A DNA stretch of 64,000 nucleotides from Octopus sinensis (taxonomy: Eukaryota): NCBI RefSeq assembly GCF_006345805.1, contig NC_043010.1, positions 28,768,001-28,832,000 on the forward strand, written 5' to 3'. The position numbers were made by a program, and so were the translations under genes. Every line of letters begins with the position of its first letter. The first letter of the stretch is position 1. The notes under the pieces are model-generated. The model searched no databases, was not told where the DNA came from, and worked only from the letters and a program-made list of their open reading frames with translations. Shown piece by piece: positions 58,701 to 64,000 of the stretch.

Positions 58701-59669
58701 TCAAGAATCCGTCTTACATTCCTTTCCTGCGACATTCTAATCCCAAGTCCGTGACTGTGACCTCTAAGCTTCAGACGACGTCTATATATATGATAATTCT
58801 AAAGAACATAACAATAATTTATCTTAATTCTTAGAAGTTACTCATAAATCTAGCATAACACCTAAATAACGATGTAACTTAAACAACAACTGTCTGTTGA
58901 TTGCCTGAAATCACCCAAATTTCCCAACTTTAATTCCAAGTAACATCAGATTCTTTCATTTAAGAGATAAAGTAATTGGCTGGTCGTAAAAAATTCAGAG
59001 TTGCATCGATACACCAAAATTGAAAGCAATCCGAGCAAAATTAAAGGGGGCTCATTATGCGAATGAAAAAGACCAGATTCTGTTTTCTTTACGTGCTAAA
59101 AAGGCAGAAGTAAATCTGCTGTCAACTCAGTCACGTGGCTGTGTTTCGCTTATTTTTTTGTGTGTTTTACTACATAAATGTCACCAACTGCCTACCCTGA
59201 GTAAATACTCACAGTACGTCCTGGCGTAGAGGCTCCAAAATCAATTGGTGTTGTTTAAACCCAAGCAAACTGTGATCGGGCAGACCTACGATCAAAGGCG
59301 TTCGTCCTTTTTATTCAAACAATGTATCAAGTGTTACATTATCCAAATGAAGCTTTCTTCTTTCGTGTGACGATAGGGTATCATTTGAGATGGCTTTGAC
59401 TGTTATTTCTAACAGATTAAGTATCACCGTAGAGGCTATTGTTTGTGGTCGCTGATTCCTAAATGCACTACATCGCGGCAGAATTTGAGCTAAAAAACCC
59501 AAACACTGAATTTAGGCCAGTATTGTTCTACTTCCACAAATTCCCTCCTGAACTAGGCAGGCCTACATTAGGATCTTTGTGAATAACGGGTTGAAAGAAA
59601 TAGACACATAAGGCTACCAAAAATACTTTGCTACCTTGATCTTGAACTTAATCGTTCTCACATTACGAC

Positions 59670-59860
59670 GGCTGCGATGTTATTAGTGGTAGTAGTCATG
59701 GTATTGGCGACGGCGGCTTTCGTGGTGGTGGTTGTGACGGTACTGATGACAGCAGTGTTAGTAATGACGCTGGTGATGGTGGTAACGGCGTGGAGTGGCA
59801 GCGGTGATAGTAGTGGTGGTGATGGCTTTAGTAGCGGTGGTTGTCATGATGATGACGAGA
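59670..59860. repeat. GTG/GAT low-complexity tract
   Basis: Direct inspection. Confidence 0.85.
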
Positions 59861-60286
59861 GCAGCTCCGACTTTTTGTTAATAATTGTATATACTTCGAG
59901 TGTGTTGTCCAAGTGGCACTCATGGTGGATATTTCAGCCTTCCATGGTTACAATCATGAGTTTGCATGCTTGATGTGTTTAATGTAACATCTGAATTTGC
60001 TAAAAATAAATTGGGATCTTTTCTGTTGGTTTGCCAAGATTTCAAAAATCAAAGTTTATTTAAATTTTAAAATTTGGTACATTAATGTAGTTTTTCAAGC
60101 TGAATTGCTGGAGTTATTTAACTTTTTCCAGAAAAAAAAAAAATTTTTTTAAGTTATAGAGGTTTAAAGTTTGATCATTTTCACTCAGTCAGGAAACAGG
60201 ATTTGGAAGCTGTCATTTTGTGCGTGACTGTACATTTTGTCAACATCCTGAAAATAGCACCTGTGTTTTTATATGAAACCCTAAAC

Positions 60287-63087
60287 CAGGGTTCCGCCAG
60301 TACAGTCCAGGGGTTCCATAAGAAGTTACATAAATGCTAAACTCGACAGTAATTTTTAATTCCCCTGTGCAGATATGTGTGTACATGTTAGGCCTACGTG
60401 TACATCTACGAGTTGCTCGCCAGCGTAGATGACCCTGATCCTTGATGTGTACATGTACGTGCACATCTACGAATTGCATTCCTGCTTAGATGATGGTTTA
60501 GTTATCTTTTGTAAAATACGAGTGACTATATTTGGAAGAAACATTTTAACTGCGTAAGCCATTTAGGTGTTGTTGTTAATATGCCTTTTAAAAGATCTTT
60601 AGCTTTTTAAAAGGTGTTTTTGTAAAATCTTTTTCTTGTATGACGTCTATTAATATTTGGTCAAATGTTAAGATTAAAAAATTCGAGAGTTGAATTACAT
60701 ATGTAGAAAAAAAATAATAGGGAAACTGATACTAAATTATAAGATATGTAAATATGCATAAATATTAATTCCTTACAAATTTCTGAATTAGAACAATGAA
60801 CAAATAAACGACATTTTAAATTCAAATCCGAAAATCTATTTTATTATTATATACATATTGTTTAAATACAATCAAATACCTATTACTAAAAAATTTATAT
60901 CATTAAACTCGCTATACTTTAAAGATCATTTGATCCTGCCACTATTAGGTTTGCTTTTATATACATACAATTCTGCTTACAGCCTTACAAGTATGGATAG
61001 ATTTCTGAAAAAAAACGTAAGTTAGATACAGATGAAAAGACGCAGGGTCTGAGGCAATCTGTTGAAGCTGCAACCACTGCCAGTGATGCTGCTTCGTCGA
61101 AATTACCAAGAAATGATGGAATTAACCTGCAACTAAAAGTTCGTCAATATTGTGAAAACTACATAGCTCTGGGATACTTGGAATGGAAACCCAGACTGCT
61201 CTTCACCTTTGTGTACTGTTTCTGGGGAGAAGCTGGCTAATAGTGCTATGGCACCAGCCAAACTGAAACGACACTTAACGACTAAACATCCAGAGTTGTC
61301 AGGCAAAAAAAAAGAACAATATTTTAAAAGAGAATTGGCATTTAATAAAAGGCAAGTTTCTATGTTTGCCAAAAAGTTCAAATTGAGTGACAAAGGACAA
61401 GAAGCAAGTTATACTGTGGCGGAGATAGTTGCAAGAAAAATGAAATCTCATACCATCGCTGAAACTGTAATTTTACCTGCATGCCAGGAAATAGTGAGGA
61501 TAATGTTTGGAGAGGATGCTGTATCAGAGCTAAATAAAATTCCATTTTCTGACAACATAATAAGTAGGCGCATTCAAGACATGTCAGGAGACGTTGAGTG
61601 CAATAATAAGTCAAAAATACTGAAACATAAGTTGTTTGCACTTCAAGTTGATAAGAGTACAGACATCACTGGTAAATCCCAGCTCCTTGTATTTGTTCGT
61701 TTTATTAATGATGAAGCTATTGTAGAAGACGTCCTGTGTTGCAAAGAGTTGCCAGAAACAAGAAAAGGACAAGATGTATTTGATGTTTTAAATTCATATT
61801 TAGAGTATTGTGGATTGAACTGGAAAAACTGTGTAGGTATTTGTACAGATGGTGCCCCTTGCAATGACAGGATGTCTTAAAGGCTTTGTCCCAATCGCAC
61901 GAAAACAAAATCCAAATGTTTCATTCATAGAGAAGTACTAGCTGCTAAAACTATTGGACCTGAACAAAAATCTGCATTGGATATGGTAGTGAAAATAGAT
62001 AATTACTTCAAAATGAGGCCACTTAAATGTCGACAGTTTGCGAAACTTTGTTGGGGTATGGAAGTAGGCCATTCCACCTTAATCCAGCACACAGAAATAC
62101 GATGGTTGTCAAGGGGAAAAGTATTGTCCCGTTTTTACGAATTAAGAGAAGAGTCATTGACCTTTTGTTTGCAAGAAAACCTGAAAGACTTTGTAGAATG
62201 TTTAAGTGATGACCATTGGTGTTCCAAGTTAGCATATCTTGCCGATATATTTCATGAGCTAAGCCTCTTGAACAATGGCATGCAGGGCAGGAACGAAAAT
62301 ATCTTGTCTTCTACTGACAAAATAAATGCTTTTCAGAAGAAATTGACAATATGGAAGAAACGCAAAGCTGCAGGAAATTTGGAAATGTTTCAAAGTGTTT
62401 TTAAAAGGAATTGTCAAGAAACTTCGTTACTGATTTTGAACCATTTGCACACTTTGTTAACAAATCTTGACAAATATTTTCCACCGATATCTGTTGACCA
62501 GTATGACTGGATTAGAAACCCATTTGTAGAATTTGAGCCATTTGAAGAACAGTTCTCATTAACAGAAGAACTTGCTAGTTTTTTAAATGACAGACCATTA
62601 AAATTGAAGCATTCTGAGCTTCACCTAAATGCATTTTGGTTGCTGGTTGAAAAGGAATATCCTGCAATCGCCCAGAAAGTGAGTTTGGATTTTCAGCCCT
62701 GACAACCATCAAGCACAAGAAGCGAGCACAATTGCTGTCGTGTGTGTCTATCGACCCAATCTTAAAGAGTTGTGCAAGAAACACCAGGCTCAAGTTTCTC
62801 ATTGAGTTTTTGATGAGAATAAATGTAATCTATTCAAACTAAAGTTTTTTTTAATACATGTTTTAATAATAACTGTAGATGCAAGAATAAAGTTGCATAT
62901 GTACTTGACAATTTTTTTACAGTTTGTGATTTTATTGTAAATAAATCTGAACATGAGTATTTTCATTTCATTAATTAAATGCTGTATTTTTTTTGCATAA
63001 GACAATTAAATTATTGCACAGGGGTTCCTCGAGCCAGTGGAATGTTTCCTTGGGGTTCCGCTCCAGCAAAAAGGTTGAAAAGCACTG
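60287..63087 (+). mobile_element. hAT (Buster/Charlie-type) transposon, 2.8 kb
   Basis: 8-bp TSD CCCTAAAC (60279-60286 / 63088-63095, nnnTAnnn pattern); right terminus reads CAGTGCTTTTCAACC on the minus strand; left terminus degenerate. Confidence 0.9.
60993..62805 (+). pseudogene. Frameshifted Buster/ZBED5-like hAT transposase
   Basis: MDRFLKK start, LANSAMAPAKLKRHLTTKH, SHTIAETVILPAC, FALQVDKSTDI, GICTDGAP, IRWLSRGKVL.RF.ELR, LAYLADIF, FGFSALTTIK, C-terminal KHQAQVSH*; at least four frameshifts or deletions. Confidence 0.9.
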
Positions 63088-63388
63088 CCCTAAACAAATG
63101 AATTCCGCATGACATATAACTCGTCATAACTTTTTTTTTTGAGTTTTCAGAAAATTGTTGCGAATTTGTATTCTACACGCGGGACTTCATACGATTATGC
63201 AAAAGAAAAAAGAATTGTGGGGTGCGTGATTTAAGGCCTACTTAGCTGTTATTTTTAGCACACCTCACAACCACCTCAATGACAAAAACAAAACAAGTAA
63301 ACAACACGTATTTTGTAGTTTTAAGCATTAAATATGCACTTAATGCGATAAGCATCACATTACAAATTAAATATTTAAAAAAAACAAA

Positions 63389-63714
63389 CATCTCAACAAT
63401 CTTCCCAGGACCACCAACCTTAACTGGATAACGGAGCGAGTCCTCCGCACATACTTCCCTAACATAGCTGTAATAACCAACAGCTGTGTAATGGCTCATC
63501 CCCAGTTCTTCAACACAAAACCGGACTGAAGTCAATTCTTTAACCTATGAGAAAAGGAAAAGCACTACAGTCCTAAGAGGAGGGGTGCCACCTTCAAAGC
63601 AGACTCCATGCATCCTTGGCGCGTGCATCGCCAATACATATTCCTACCACGTTTTCTTGTACTCATAAAATGCTTCTTCGTTTTGCATAATTCTTTTCGG
63701 TGTACGAAACCGCA
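63389..63714 (-). mobile_element. Merlin (IS1595/ISXO2-like) transposase N-terminal remnant
   Basis: KRGRNMYWRCTRQGC zinc-ribbon part, then ELGMSHYTAV...YVREVC....YPVKVGGPGKIVE (the GGPG.IVE[ID] motif), truncated before the catalytic DE. Confidence 0.7.
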
Positions 63715-63778
63715 TCCCCCTCTGGTACGTGATTTAAGGCCTATTTGGATGCTATTTTTAGCACATATGATAACCATC

Positions 63779-64000
63779 GGATCTTTACCTTTTGACCCAC
63801 AGATTTAAAAAATGATTTTTTGTAACTAAACACTTTCAAACTTCGGACACTGGTAGAATGTGTCATATAAAACATCTTTTACTCTTAGCATTTTTGAGAA
63901 AAACTCATGTTTACGAAGTAATTTCACGTTAAAGTTGTCCTATTTCGGTAATTTCAACCAATCAATGACGTGTATTCAGCTGAATAAAATTACTGCCGTT
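63779..64000. mobile_element. Diverged relative of the Merlin-like MITE end, running off the window
   Basis: Shares AAACTTCG..ACTGGTAGAATGTGT..ATAAAACATCTTTT and AATTTCAACCAATCA.TGACGT with 49680-49820; the window ends in ACTGCCGTT, the start of the TIR. Confidence 0.6.

Noticed and set aside
59677-59973. 98-aa ORF with hydrophobic Val-rich N-terminus
   Set aside because: Translation of GTG/GAT trinucleotide low-complexity sequence
61209-62702. Domesticated ZBED5/SCAND3-like host gene
   Set aside because: Multiple frameshifts, a degenerate BED finger, and retained TSD/TIR show a decaying transposon

Overview
AT-rich, intron- and repeat-rich animal genomic DNA. It is most consistent with an octopod cephalopod; this is inferred from recognition of the SINE/MITE/microsatellite landscape and was not checked by a search. 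The only clear host gene is a single-exon 8-finger C2H2 zinc-finger ORF (32627-33808, minus), with a candidate CpG-rich promoter/first exon near 46.2-46.7 kb. Most of the rest is transposon-derived: a near full-length, GC-rich RTE LINE with two frameshifts (3833-7803); a Buster-type hAT with an 8-bp TSD (60287-63087); Tc1, several mariners, and Penelope, Tx1/L1-like, RTE-like, gypsy, Tigger, Merlin and Helitron remnants; several MITE families; and three tRNA-derived SINE families. The most interesting signals not explained by the ORF track are: (1) three sequence-unrelated type I hammerhead ribozyme folds (437-481 minus, 13678-13723 plus, 23297-23360 minus), two with intact catalytic cores; (2) a highly structured 5' leader on the RTE and its recalled resemblance to marsupial RTE-1 (horizontal-transfer candidate); (3) nested RTE and mariner insertions in one (TATG)n microsatellite; (4) a SINE tail shared with a Tx1/L1-like LINE; (5) a Merlin-like MITE carrying telomeric repeats, related to sequence next to a Merlin transposase remnant. 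All family assignments come from visual recognition and hand folding; no database search was run.
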